A stretch of DNA of 64,000 nucleotides, taken from positions 1 to 64,000 of the forward strand of contig JAUCBJ010003150.1 of NCBI GenBank assembly GCA_032718475.1, written 5' to 3'. Positions 11,601 to 26,546 of the stretch are shown one piece after another (position 1 is the first letter of the stretch; every line of letters begins with the position of its first letter). A program made the translations under genes and the position numbers. The stretch comes from Nemertoderma westbladi (taxonomy: Eukaryota; Animalia; Xenacoelomorpha). The notes under the pieces are model-generated. The model did no database searches. It was not told the origin of the DNA and saw only the letters and a list, made by a program, of their open reading frames with translations.

Positions 11601-14600
11601 CCAAGAGCCTTTTCATCTCATAGCACTTTAATCTCATGGACCGTTCTTCCCCAAGACCCTTTTCATCTCATTGTTATTTAATCTCATGGACCGTTCTTCC
11701 CCAAGAGCCTTTTCATCTCATTGTTATTTAATCTCGTGGACCGTTCTTCCCCAAGGCCCTTTTCATCTCATAGCACTTTAATCTCATGGACCGTTCTTCC
11801 CCAAGAGCCTTTTCATCTCATAGCACTTTAATCTCATGGACCGTTCTTCCCCAAGACCCTTTTCATCTCATTGTTATTTAATCTCATGGACCGTTCTTCC
11901 CCAAGGCCCTTTTCATCTTATTGTTATTTAATCTCATGGGCGTTCTTCCCCAAGGCCCTTTTCATCTCATAGCACTTTAATCTCATGGACCGTTCTTCCC
12001 CAAGACCCTTTTCATCTCATAGCACTTTAATCTCATGGACCGTTCTTCCCCAAGACCCTTTTCATCTCATAGCACTTTAATCTCATGGACCGTTCTTCCC
12101 CAAGGCCCTTTTCATCTCATAGCACTTTAATCTCATGGACCGTTCTTCCCCAAGACCCTTTTCATCTCATAGCACTTTAATCTTATGGACCGTTCTTCCC
12201 CAAGGCCCTTTTCATCTCATAGCACTTTAATCTCATGGACCGTTCTTCCCCAAGGCCCTTTTCATCTCATAGCACTTTAATCTCATGGACCGTTCTTCCC
12301 CAAGACCCTTTTCATCTCATAGCACTTTAATCTCGTGGACCGTTCTTCCCCAAGGCCCTTTTCATCTCATAGCACTTTAATCTCATGGACCGTTCTTCCC
12401 CAAGACCCTTTTCATCTCATAGCACTTTAATCTCATGGGCCGTTCTTCCCCAAGGGCCTTTTCATCTCATTGTTATTTAATCTCATGGGCCGTTCTTCCC
12501 CAAGGCCCTTTTCATCTCATTGTTATTTAATCTCATGGGCCGTTCTTCCCCAAGGCCCTTTTCATCTCATTGTTATTTAATCTCATGGGCCGTTCTTCCC
12601 CAAGGCCCTTTTCATCTCATTGTTATTTAATCTCATGGGCCGTTCTTCCCCAAGGCCCTTTTCATCTCATTGTTATTTAATCTCATGGGCCGTTCTTCCC
12701 CAAGGCCCTTTTCATCTCATTGTTATTTAATCTCATGGACCGTTCTTCCCCAAGACCCTTTTCATCTCATAGCACTTTAATCTCATGGACCGTTCTTCCC
12801 CAAGAGCCTTTTCATCTCATAGCACTTTAATCTTATGGACCGTTCTTCCCCAAGGCCCTTTTCATCTCATTGTTAATTAATCTCATGGACCGTTCTTCCC
12901 CAAGACCCTTTTCATCTCATAGCACTTTAATCTCATGGACCGTTCTTCCCCAAGGCCCTTTTCATCTCATAGCACTTTAATCTCATGGACCGTTCTTCCC
13001 CAAGAGCCTTTTCATCTCATTGTTATTTAATCTCATGGGCCGTTCTTCCCCAAGGGCCTTTTCATCTCATTGTTATTTAATCTCATGGGCCGTTCTTCCC
13101 CAAGGCCCTTTTCATCTCATTGTTATTTAATCTCATGGACCGTTCTTCCCCAAGGCCCTTTTCATCTCATAGCACTTTAATCTCATGGACCGTTCTTCCC
13201 CAAGGCCCTTTTCATCTCATAGCACTTTAATCTTATGGACCGTTCTTCCCCAAGGCCCTTTTCATCTCATTGTTAATTAATCTCATGGACCGTTCTTCCC
13301 CAAGACCCTTTTCATCTCATAGCACTTTAATCTCATGGACCGTTCTTCCCCAAGGCCCTTTTCATCTCATAGCACTTTAATCTCATGGACCGTTCTTCCC
13401 CAAGGCCCTTTTCATCTCATAGCACTTTAATCTTATGGACCGTTCTTCCCCAAGGCCCTTTTCATCTCATTGTTATTTAATCTCATGGACCGTTCTTCCC
13501 CAAGGCCCTTTTCATCTCATTGTTATTTAATCTCATGGACCGTTCTTCCCCAAGGCCCTTTTCATCTCATAGCACTTTAATCTCATGGACCGTTCTTCCC
13601 CCAAGGCCCTTTTCATCTCATAGCACTTTAATCTCATGGACCGTTCTTCCCCAAGGCCCTTTTCATCTCATAGCACTTTAATCTCATGGACCGTTCTTCC
13701 CCAAGACCCTTTTCATCTCATAGCACTTTAATCTCATGGACCGTTCTTCCCCAAGACCCTTTTCATCTCATAGCACTTTAATCTCATGGACCGTTCTTCC
13801 CCAAGGCCCTTTTCATCTCATAGCACTTTAATCTCATGGACCGTTCTTCCCCAAGGCCCTTTTCATCTCATAGCACTTTAATCTCATGGACCGTTCTTCC
13901 CCAAGACCCTTTTCATCTCATAGCACTTTAATCTCATGGACCATTCTTCCCCAAGGCCCTTTTCATCTCATTGTTATTTAATCTCATGGACCGTTCTTCC
14001 CCAAGGCCCTTTTCATCTCATAGCACTTTAATCTCATGGACCGTTCTTCCCCAAGGCCCTTTTCATCTCATAGCACTTTAATCTCATGGACCGTTCTTCC
14101 CCAAGGCCCTTTTCATCTCATAGCACTTTAATCTTATGGACCGTTCTTCCCCAAGGCCCTTTTCATCTCATTGTTATTTAATCTCATGGACCGTTCTTCC
14201 CCAAGGCCCTTTTCATCTCATTGTTATTTAATCTCATGGACCGTTCTTCCCCAAGGCCCTTTTCATCTCATAGCACTTTAATCTCATGGACCGTTCTTCC
14301 CCAAGACCCTTTTCATCTCATAGCACTTTAATCTTATGGACCGTTCTTCCCCAAGGCCCTTTTCATCTCATTGTTATTTAATCTCATGGACCATTCTTCC
14401 CCAAGGCCCTTTTCATCTCATTGCACTTTAATCTCATGTACCGTTCTTCCCCAAGGCCCTTTTCATCTCATAGCACTTTAATCTCGTGGACCGTTCTTCC
14501 CCAAGGCCCTTTTCATCTCATTGTTATTTAATCTCATGGGCCGTTCTTCCCCAAGGCCCTTTTCATCTCATAGCACTTTAATCTCATGGACCGTTCTTCC

Positions 14601-17600
14601 CCAAGACCCTTTTCATCTCATAGCACTTTAATCTCATGGACCGTTCTTCCCCAAGGCCCTTTTCATCTCATAGCACTTTAATCTCATGGACCGTTCTTCC
14701 CCAAGGCCCTTTTCATCTCATAGCACTTTAATCTCATGGACCGTTCTTCCCCAAGACCCTTTTCATCTCATAGCACTTTAATCTCATGGACCATTCTTCC
14801 CCAAGGCCCTTTTCATCTCATTGTTATTTAATCTCATGGACCGTTCTTCCCCAAGGCCCTTTTCATCTCATAGCACTTTAATCTCATGGACCGTTCTTCC
14901 CCAAGGCCCTTTTCATCTCATAGCACTTTAATCTCATGGACCGTTCTTCCCCAAGGCCCTTTTCATCTCATAGCACTTTAATCTTATGGACCGTTCTTCC
15001 CCAAGGCCCTTTTCATCTCATTGTTATTTAATCTCATGGACCGTTCTTCCCCAAGGCCCTTTTCATCTCATTGTTATTTAATTTCATGGACCGTTCTTCC
15101 CCAAGGCCCTTTTCATCTCATAGCACTTTAATCTCATGGACCGTTCTTCCCCAAGACCCTTTTCATCTCATAGCACTTTAATCTTATGGACCGTTCTTCC
15201 CCAAGGCCCTTTTCATCTCATTGTTATTTAATCTCATGGACCATTCTTCCCCAAGGCCCTTTTCATCTCATTGCACTTTAATCTCATGTACCGTTCTTCC
15301 CCAAGGCCCTTTTCATCTCATAGCACTTTAATCTCGTGGACCGTTCTTCCCCAAGGCCCTTTTCATCTCATTGTTATTTAATCTCATGGGCCGTTCTTCC
15401 CCAAGGCCCTTTTCATCTCATAGCACTTTAATCTCATGGACCATTCTTCCCCAAGGCCCTTTTCATCTCATTGTTATTTAATCTCATGGACCGTTCTTCC
15501 CCAAGACCCTTTTCATCTCATTGTTATTTAATCTCATGGGCGTTCTTCCCCAAGGCCCTTTTCATCTCATAGCACTTTAATCTCATGGACCGTTCTTCCC
15601 CAAGGCCCTTTTCATCTCATAGCACTTTAATCTCATGGAACGTTCTTCCCCAAGGCCCTTTTCATCTCATAGCACTTTAATCTCATGGAACGTTCTTCCC
15701 CAAGACCCTTTTCATCTCATTGTTATTTAATCTCATGGACCGTTCTTCCCCAAGGCCCTTTTCATCTCATTGCACTTTAATCTCATGGGCCGTTCTTCCC
15801 CAAGACCCTTTTCATCTCATTGTTATTTAATCTCATGGACCGTTCTTCCCCAAGGCCCTTTTCATCTCATAGCACTTTAATCTCATGGACCGTTCTTCCC
15901 CAAGACCCTTTTCATCTCATAGCACTTTAATCTCATGGACCGTTCTTCCCCAAGGCCCTTTTCATCTCATTGTTATTTAATCTCATGGGCCGTTCTTCCC
16001 CAAGACCTTTTCATCTCATTGTTATTTAATCTCATGGACCGTTCTTCCCCAAGACCTTTTCATCTCATTGTTATTTAATCTCATGGACCGTTCTTCCCCA
16101 AGACCCTTTTCATCTCATTGTTATTTAATCTCATGGACCGTTCTTCCCCAAGACCTTTTCATCTCATAGCACTTTAATCTCATGGGCCGTTCTTCCCCAA
16201 GACCTTTTCATCTCATTGTTATTTAATCTCATGGGCCGTTCTTCCCCAAGGCCCTTTTCATCTCATTGTTATTTAATCTCATGGACCGTTCTTCCCCAAG
16301 GCCCTTTTCATCTCATAGCACTTTAATCTCATGGACCGTTCTTCCCCAAGACCCTTTTCATCTCATAGCACTTTAATCTCATGGACCGTTCTTCCCCAAG
16401 GCCCTTTTCATCTCATAGCACTTTAATCTCATGGACCGTTCTTCCCCAAGACCCTTTTCATCTCATAGCACTTTAATCTCATGGACCGTTCTTCCCCAAG
16501 GGCCTTTTCATCTCATTGTTATTTAATCTCATGGGCCGTTCTTCCCCAAGACCTTTTCATCTCATTGTTATTTAATCTCATGGACCGTTCTTCCCCAAGG
16601 CCCTTTTCATCTCATAGCACTTTAATCTCATGGACCGTTCTTCCCCAAGACCCTTTTCATCTCATAGCACTTTAATCTCATGGACCGTTCTTCCCCAAGG
16701 GCCTTTTCATCTCATTTTTATTTAATCTCATGGGCCATTCTTCCCCAAGACCTTTTCATCTCATTGTTATTTAATCTCATGGGCCGTTCTTCCCCAAGGC
16801 CCTTTTCATCTCATTGTTATTTAATCTCATGGACCGTTCTTCCCCAAGGCCCTTTTCATCTCATAGCACTTTAATCTCATGGACCGTTCTTCCCCAAGAC
16901 CCTTTTCATCTCATAGCACTTTAATCACATGGACCGTTCTTCCCCAAGGGCCTTTTCATCTCATTGTTATTTAATCTCATGGGCCGTTCTTCCCCAAGAC
17001 CTTTTCATCTCATTGTTATTTAATCTCATGGGCCGTTCTTCCCCAAGGCCCTTTTCATCTCATTGTTATTTAATCTCATGGACCGTTCTTCCCCAAGACC
17101 TTTTCATCTCATTGTTATTTAATCTCATGGGCCGTTCTTCCCCAAGGCCCTTTTCATCTCATTGTTATTTAATCTCATGGACCGTTCTTCCCCAAGGCCC
17201 TTTTCATCTCATTGCACTTTAATCTCATGGACCGTTCTTCCCCAAGGCCCTTTTCATCTCATTGTTAATTAATCTCATGGACCGTTCTTCCCCAAGGCCC
17301 TTTTCATCTCATAGCACTTTAATCTCATGGGCCGTTCTTCCCCAAGGCCCTTTTCATCTTATTGTTATTTAATCTCATGGGCGTTCTTCCCCAAGGCCCT
17401 TTTCATCTCATAGCACTTTAATCTCATGGACCGTTCTTCCCCAAGGCCCTTTTCATCTCATAGCACTTTAATCTCATGGAACGTTCTTCCCCAAGGCCCT
17501 TTTCATCTCATAGCACTTTAATCTCATGGACCGTTCTTCCCCAAGGGCCTTTTCATCTCATTGTTATTTAATCTCATGGGCCGTTCTTCCCCAAGACCCT

Positions 17601-20600
17601 TTTCATCTCATAGCACTTTAATCTCATGGACCGTTCTTCCCCAAGGCCCTTTTCATCTCATAGCACTTTAATCTCATGGACCGTTCTTCCCCAAGGCCCT
17701 TTTCATCTCATAGCACTTTAATCTCATGGAACGTTCTTCCCCAAGGCCCTTTTCATCTCATAGCACTTTAATCTCATGGACCGTTCTTCCCCAAGGGCCT
17801 TTTCATCTCATTGTTATTTAATCTCATGGGCCGTTCTTCCCCAAGACCTTTTCATCTCATTGCACTTTAATCTCATGGACCGTTCTTCCCCAAGGCCCTT
17901 TTCATCTCATTGTTATTTAATCTCATGGACCGTTCTTCCCCAAGGCCCTTTTCATCTCATAGCACTTTAATCTCATGGACCGTTCTTCCCCAAGACCCTT
18001 TTCATCTCATAGCACTTTAATCTCATGGAGCGTTCTTCCCCAACACCTTTTCATCTCATTGTTATTTAATCTCATGGACCGTTCTTCCCCAAGGCACTTT
18101 TCATCTCATAGCACTTTAATCTCATGGGCCGTTCTTCCCCAAGGGCCTTTTCATCTCATTGTTATTTAATCTCATGGGCCGTTCTTCCCCAAGACCTTTT
18201 CATCTCATTTTTATTTAATCTCATGGGCCGTTCTTCCCCAAGGCCCTTTTCATCTCATTGTTATTTAATCTCATGGACCGTTCTTCCCCAAGACCTTTTC
18301 ATCTCATTGTTATTTAATCTCATGGGCCGTTCTTCCCCAAGACCCTTTTCATCTCATTGTTATTTAATCTCATGGGCCGTTCTTCCCCAAGACCTGTTCA
18401 TCTCATTGTTATTTAATCTCATGGACGTTCTTCCCCAAGGCCCTTTTCATCTCATAGCACTTTAATCTCGTGGACCGTTCTTCCCCAAGGCCCTTTTCAT
18501 CTCATTGTTATTTAATCTCATGGGCCGTTCTTCCCCAAGGCCCTTTTCATCTCATAGCACTTTAATCTCATGGACCATTCTTCCCCAAGGCCCTTTTCAT
18601 CTCATTGTTATTTAATCTCATGGACCGTTCTTCCCCAAGACCCTTTTCATCTCATTGTTATTTAATCTCATGGGCGTTCTTCCCCAAGGCCCTTTTCATC
18701 TCATAGCACTTTAATCTCATGGACCGTTCTTCCCCAAGGCCCTTTTCATCTCATAGCACTTTAATCTCATGGAACGTTCTTCCCCAAGGCCCTTTTCATC
18801 TCATAGCACTTTAATCTCATGGAACGTTCTTCCCCAAGACCCTTTTCATCTCATTGTTATTTAATCTCATGGACCGTTCTTCCCCAAGGCCCTTTTCATC
18901 TCATTGCACTTTAATCTCATGGGCCGTTCTTCCCCAAGACCCTTTTCATCTCATTGTTATTTAATCTCATGGACCGTTCTTCCCCAAGGCCCTTTTCATC
19001 TCATAGCACTTTAATCTCATGGACCGTTCTTCCCCAAGGCCCTTTTCATCTCATAGCACTTTAATCTCATGGACCGTTCTTCCCCAAGACCCTTTTCATC
19101 TCATTGTTATTTAATCTCATGGACCGTTCTTCCCCAAGGCCCTTTTCATCTCATAGCACTTTAATCTCATGGACCGTTCTTCCCCAAGGCCCTTTTCATC
19201 TCATAGCACTTTAATCTCATGGGCCGTTCTTCCCCAAGACCTTTTCATCTCATTGTTATTTAATCTCATGGGCCGTTCTTCCCCAAGGCCCTTTTCATCT
19301 CATTGTTATTTAATCTCATGGACCGTTCTTCCCCAAGGCCCTTTTCATCTCATAGCACTTTAATCTCATGGACCGTTCTTCCCCAAGACCCTTTTCATCT
19401 CATAGCACTTTAATCTCATGGACCGTTCTTCCCCAAGGCCCTTTTCATCTCATAGCACTTTAATCTCATGGACCGTTCTTCCCCAAGACCCTTTTCATCT
19501 CATAGCACTTTAATCTCATGGACCGTTCTTCCCCAAGGGCCTTTTCATCTCATTGTTATTTAATCTCATGGGCCGTTCTTCCCCAAGACCTTTTCATCTC
19601 ATTGTTATTTAATCTCATGGACCGTTCTTCCCCAAGGCCCTTTTCATCTCATAGCACTTTAATCTCATGGACCGTTCTTCCCCAAGACCCTTTTCATCTC
19701 ATAGCACTTTAATCTCATGGACCGTTCTTCCCCAAGGGCCTTTTCATCTCATTTTTATTTAATCTCATGGGCCATTCTTCCCCAAGACCTTTTCATCTCA
19801 TTGTTATTTAATCTCATGGGCCGTTCTTCCCCAAGGCCCTTTTCATCTCATTGTTATTTAATCTCATGGACCGTTCTTCCCCAAGGCCCTTTTCATCTCA
19901 TAGCACTTTAATCTCATGGACCGTTCTTCCCCAAGACCCTTTTCATCTCATAGCACTTTAATCACATGGACCGTTCTTCCCCAAGACCTTTTCATCTCAT
20001 TGTTATTTAATCTCATGGGCCGTTCTTCCCCAAGGCCCTTTTCATCTCATTGTTATTTAATCTCATGGACCGTTCTTCCCCAAGGCCCTTTTCATCTCAT
20101 AGCACTTTAATCTCATGGACCGTTCTTCCCCAAGACCCTTTTCATCTCATAGCACTTTAATCACATGGGCCGTTCTTCCCCAAGACCTTTTCATCTCATT
20201 GTTATTTAATCTCATGGGCCGTTCTTCCCCAAGGCCCTTTTCATCTCATTGTTATTTAATCTCATGGACCGTTCTTCCCCAAGACCTTTTCATCTCATTG
20301 TTATTTAATCTCATGGGCCGTTCTTCCCCAAGGCCCTTTTCATCTCATTGTTATTTAATCTCATGGACCGTTCTTCCCCAAGGCCCTTTTCATCTCATAG
20401 CACTTTAATCTCATGGGCCGTTCTTCCCCAAGGCCCTTTTCATCTTATTGTTATTTAATCTCATGGGCGTTCTTCCCCAAGGCCCTTTTCATCTCATAGC
20501 ACTTTAATCTCATGGACCGTTCTTCCCCAAGGCCCTTTTCATCTCATAGCACTTTAATCTCATGGAACGTTCTTCCCCAAGGCCCTTTTCATCTCATAGC

Positions 20601-23600
20601 ACTTTAATCTCATGGACCGTTCTTCCCCAAGGGCCTTTTCATCTCATTGTTATTTAATCTCATGGGCCGTTCTTCCCCAAGACCTTTTCATCTCATTGTT
20701 ATTTAATCTCATGGGCCGTTCTTCCCCAAGGCCCTTTTCATCTCATTGTTATTTAATCTCATGGACCGTTCTTCCCCAAGGCCCTTTTCATCTCATAGCA
20801 CTTTAATCTCATGGACCGTTCTTCCCCAAGACCCTTTTCATCTCATAGCACTTTAATCTCATGGACCGTTCTTCCCCAAGGCACTTTTCATCTCATAGCA
20901 CTTTAATCTCATGGGCCGTTCTTCCCCAAGGGCCTTTTCATCTCATTGTTATTTAATCTCATGGGCCGTTCTTCCCCAAGACCTTTTCATCTCATTTTTA
21001 TTTAATCTCATGGGCCGTTCTTCCCCAAGGCCCTTTTCATCTCATTGTTATTTAATCTCATGGACCGTTCTTCCCCAAGACCTTTTCATCTCATAGCACT
21101 TTAATCTCATGGGCCGTTCTTCCCCAAGACCTTTTCATCTCATTGTTATTTAATCTCATGGACCGTTCTTCCCCAAGACCTTTTCATCTCATTGTTATTT
21201 AATCTCATGGGCCGTTCTTCCCCAAGACCCTTTTCATCTCATTGTTATTTAATCTCATGGGCCGTTCTTCCCCAAGACCTTTTCATCTCATTGTTATTTA
21301 ATCTCATGGGCCGTTCTTCCCCAAGACCCTTTTCATCTCATTGTTATTTAATCTCATGGGCCGTTCTTCCCCAAGACCTTTTCATCTCATTGTTATTTAA
21401 TCTCATGGGCCGTTCTTCCCCAAGACCCTTTTCATCTCATTGCACTTTAATCTCATGGGCCGTTCTTCCCCAAGACCTTTTCATCTCATTGTTATTTAAT
21501 CTCATGGACCGTTCTTCCCCAAGACCTTTTCATCTCATTGTTATTTAATCTCATGGGCCGTTCTTCCCCAAGACCCTTTTCATCTCATTGTTATTTAATC
21601 TCATGGGCCGTTCTTCCCCAAGACCTGTTCATCTCATTGTTATTTAATCTCATGGACGTTCTTCCCAAAGGCCGTTTTCATCTCATAGCACTTTAATCTC
21701 ATGGACCGTTCTTCCCCAAGGCCCTTTTCATCTCATTGTTATTTAATCTCATGGGCCGTTCTTCCCCAAGGCCCTTTTCATCTCATAGCACTTTAATCTC
21801 ATGGACCGTTCTTCCCCAAGGCCCTTTTCATCTCATAGCACTTTAATCTCATGGACCGTTCTTCCCCAAGACCTTTTCATCTCATTGTTATTTAATCTCA
21901 TGGGCCGTTCTTCCCCAACGCCCTTTTCATCTCATAGCACTTTAATCTCATGGACCGTTCTTCCGCAAGACCCTTTTCATCTCATTGTTATTTAATCTCG
22001 TGGACCGTTCTTCCCCAAGGCCCTTTTCATCTCATAGCACTTTAATCTCGTGGACCGTTCTTCCCCAAGGCCCTTTTCATCTCATAGCACTTTAATCTCA
22101 TGGGCCGTTCTTCCCCAAGACCCTTTTCATCTCATTGTTATTTAATCTCATGGACCGTTCTTCCCCAAGGCCCTTTTCTTCTCATTGTTATTTAATCTCG
22201 TGGACCGTTCTTCCCCAAGACCCTTTTCATCTCATTGTTATTTAATCTCATGGGCCGTTCTTCCCCAAGGCCCTTTTCATATCATTGTTATTTAATCTCA
22301 TGGACCGTTCTTCCCCAAGGCCCCTTTCATCTCATTGCACTTTAATCTCGTGGACCGTTCTTCCCCAAGACCCGTTTCATCTCATTGTTATTTAATCTCG
22401 TGGACCGTTCTTCCCCAAGGCCCTTTTCATCTCATAGCACTTTAATCTCGTGGACCGTTCTTCCCCAAGGCCCTTTTCATCTCATTGTTATTTAATCTCA
22501 TGGACCGTTCTTCCCCAAGGCCCCTTTCATCTCATTGCACTTTAATCTCGTGGACCGTTCTTCCCCAAGACCCTTTTCATCTCATTGTTATTTAATCTCA
22601 TGGGCCGTTCTTCCCCAAGGCCCTTTTCATCTCATTGTTATTTAATCTCATGGACCGTTCTTCCCCAAGGCCCCTTTCATCTCATTGCACTTTAATCTCG
22701 AGGACCGTTCTTCCCCAAGACCTTTTCATCTCATTGCACTTTAATCTCATGGACCGTTCTTCCCCAAGGCCCTTTTCATCTCATTGTTATTTAATCTCAT
22801 GGACCGTTCTTCCCCAAGGCCCTTTTCATCTCATTGTTATTTAATCTCATGGGCCGTTCTTCCCCAAGGCCCTTTTCATCTCATTGTTATTTAATCTCAT
22901 GGGCCGTTCTTCCCCAAGGCCCTTTTCATCTCATTGTTATTTAATCTCATGGACCGTTCTTCCCCAAGGCCCTTTTCATCTCATTGTTATTTAATCTCAT
23001 GGGCCGTTCTTCCCCAAGGCCCTTTTCATCTCATTGTTATTTAATCTCATGGACCGTTCTTCCCCAAGACCTTTTCATCTCATAGCACTTTAATCTCATG
23101 GACCGTTCTTCCCCAAGACCTTTTCATCTCATTGCACTTTAATCTCATGGACCGTTCTTCCCCAAGGCCATTTTCATCTCATTGCACTTTAATCTCATGG
23201 ACCGTTCTTCCCCAAGACCTTTTCATCTCATTGCACTTTAATCTCATGGACCGTTCTTCCCCAAGGCCCTTTTCATCTCATTGTTATTTAATCTCATGGA
23301 CCGTTCTTCCCCAAGACCTTTTCATCTCATTGCACTTTAATCTCGTGGACCGTTCTTCCCCAAGACCCTTTTCATCTCATAGCACTTTAATCTCGTGGAC
23401 CGTTCTTCCCCAAGACCCTTTCATCTCATTGAACTTTAATCTCGTGGACCGTTCTTCCCCAAGGCCCTTTTCATCTCATTGTTATTTAATCTCGTGGACC
23501 GTTCTTCCCCAAGGGCCTTTTCATCTCATTGTTATTTAATCTCATGGGCCGTTCTTTCCCAAGACCCTTTCATCTCATGGCACTTTAATCTCATGGACCG

Positions 23601-26546
23601 TTCTTCCCCAAGGCACTTTTCATATCATTGTTATTTAATCTCGTGGACCGTTCTTCCCCAAGACCCTTTCATCTCATTGCACTTTAATTTCGTGGGCCGT
23701 TCATCCCCAAGACCTTTTCATCTCATTGCACTCTAATCTCATGGGCCGTTCTTCCCCAAGGCCCTTTTCATCTCATTGTTATTTAATCTCGTGGACCGTT
23801 CTTCCCCAAGGCCCATTTCATATCATTGTTATTTAATCTCGTGGACCGTTCTCTCCCAAGACCCTTTCATCTCATTGCACTTTAATCTCATGGGCCGTTC
23901 TTCCCCAAGACCTTTTCATCTCATTGTTATTTAATCTCATGGACCGTTCTTCCCCAAGGCCCTTTTCATCTCATTGTTAATTAATCTCATGGACCGTTCT
24001 TCCCCAAGGCCCTTTTCATCTCATTGCACTTTAATCTCATGGGCCGTTCTTCCCCAAGGCCCATTTCATATCATTGTTATTTAATCTCGTGGACCGTTCT
24101 CTCCCAAGACCCTTTCATCTCATTGCACTTTAATCTCATGGGCCGTTCTTCCCCAAGACCTTTTCATCTCATTGTTATTTAATCTCATGGACCGTTCTTC
24201 CCCAAGGCCCTTTTCATCTCATTGTTAATTAATCTCATGGACCGTTCTTCCCCAAGGCCCTTTTCATCTCATTGCACTTTAATCTCATGGGCCGTTCTTC
24301 CCCAAGGCCCATTTCATATCATTGTTATTTAATCTCGTGGACCGTTCTCTCCCAAGACCCTTTCATCTCATTGCACTTTAATCTCATGGGCCGTTCTTCC
24401 CCAAGACCTTTTCATCTCATTGTTATTTAATCTCATGGGCCGTTCTTCCCCAAGGCCCTTTTCATCTCATTGCACTTTAATCTCATGGGCCGTTCTTCCC
24501 CAAGACCCTTTTCATCTCATTGTTATTTAATCTCATGGACCGTTCTTCCCCAACGCCCTTTTCATCTCATTGCACTTTAATCTCATGGACCGTTCTTCCC
24601 CAAGACCCTTTTCATCTCATTGTTAATTAATCTCATGGACCGTTCTTCCCCAAGGCCCTTTTCATCTCATTGCCCTTTAATCTCATGGGCCGTTCTTCCC
24701 CAAGGCCCTTTTCATCTCATTGCACTGTAATCTCGTGGACCGTTCTTCCCCAAGACCCTTTCATCTCATTGCACTTTAATTTCGTGGGCCGTTCATCCCC
24801 AAGGCCCATTTCATATCATTGTTATTTAATCTCGTGGACCGTTCTTCCCCAAGACCCTTTTCATCTCATTGTTAATTAATCTCATGGACCGTTCTTCCCC
24901 AAGGCCCTTTTCATCTCATTGCACTTTAATCTCATGGACCGTTCTTCCCCAAGACCCTTTTCATCTCATTGCACTTTAATCTCATGGGCCGTTCTTCCCC
25001 AAGACCTTTTCATCTCATTGTTAATTAATCTCATGGACCGTTCTTCCCCAAGACCTTTTCATCTCATTGCACTTTAATCTCATGGACCGTTCTTCCCCAA
25101 GGCCCTTTTCATCTCATTGTTATTTAATCTCATGGACCGTTCTTCCCCAAGACCCTTTTCATCTCATTGCACTTTAATCTCGTGGACCGTTCTTCCCCAA
25201 GACCTTTTCATCTCATTGCACTTTAATCTCATGGGCCGTTCTTCCCCAAGGCCTTTTCATCTCATTGCACTTTAATCTCATGGACCGTTCTTCCCCAAGA
25301 CCTTTTCATCTCATTGCACTGTAATCTCATGGACCGTTCTTCCCCAAGGCCTTTTCATCTCATTGCACTTTAATCTCATGGGCCGTTCTTCCCCAAGGCC
25401 CTTTTCATCTCATTGTTATTTAATCTCATGGGCCGTTCTTCCGCAAGACCCTTTTCATCTCATTGTTATTTAATCTCGTGGACCGTTCTTCCCCAAGACC
25501 TTTTCATCTCATTGTTAATTAATCTCATGGACCGTTCTTCCCCAAGACCTTTTCATCTCATTGTTATTTAATCTCATGGGCCGTTCTTCCCCAAGGCCCT
25601 TTTCATCTCATTGCACTTTAATCTCATGGGCCGTTCTTCCCCAAGGCCCTTTTCATCTCATTGCACTTTAATCTCGTGGACCGTTCTTCCCCAAGACCCT
25701 TTCATCTCATTGCACTTTAATCTCATGGGCCGTTCTTCCCCAAGGCCTTTTCATCTCATTGCACTTTAATCTCATGGACCGTTCTTCCCCAAGACCTTTT
25801 CATCTCATTGCACTGTAATCTCATGGACCGTTCTTCCCCAAGGCCCTTTTCATCTCATTGTTATTTAATCTCGTGGACCGTTCTTCCCCAAGACCTTTTC
25901 ATCTCATTGTTAATTAATCTCATGGACCGTTCTTCCCCAAGACCTTTTCATCTCATTGTTATTTAATCTCATGGGCCGTTCTTCCCCAAGGCCCTTTTCA
26001 TCTCATTGCACATTAATCTCATGGGCCGTTCTTCCCCAAGGCCCTTTTCATCTCATTGCACTTTAATCTCGTGGACCGTTCTTCCCCAAGACCCTTTCAT
26101 CTCATTGCACTTTAATCTCGTGGACCGTTCTTCCCCAAGGCCCTTTTCATCTCATTGTTATTTAATCTCATGGGCCGTTCTTCCCCAAGGCCCTTTTCAT
26201 CTCATTGCACTTTAATCTCATGGGCCGTTCTTCCCCAAGACCTTTTCATCTCATTGTTAATTAATCTCATGGACCGTTCTTCCCCAAGACCCTTTCATCT
26301 CATTGCACTTTAATCTCGTGGACCGTTCTTCCCCAAGGCCCTTTTCATCTCATTGTTATTTAATCTCATGGGCCGTTCTTCCCCAAGGCCCTTTTCATCT
26401 CATTGCACTTTAATCTCATGGGCCGTTCTTCCCCAAGGCCCTTTTCATCTCATTGCACTTTAATCTCGTGGACCGTTCTTCCCCAAGACCCTTTCATCTC
26501 ATTGCATTTTAATCTCGTGGACCGTTCTCCCTCCAAGACCCTTTTA
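8611..26546. repeat. 49-50-bp satellite array, ~360 monomers, with higher-order duplications
   Basis: Unit tttcatctca(ttgtta/tagcac/ttgcac)tttaatctcatgg(a/g)ccgttcttccccaag(g/a)ccct, uninterrupted over about 18 kb. Confidence 0.99.
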
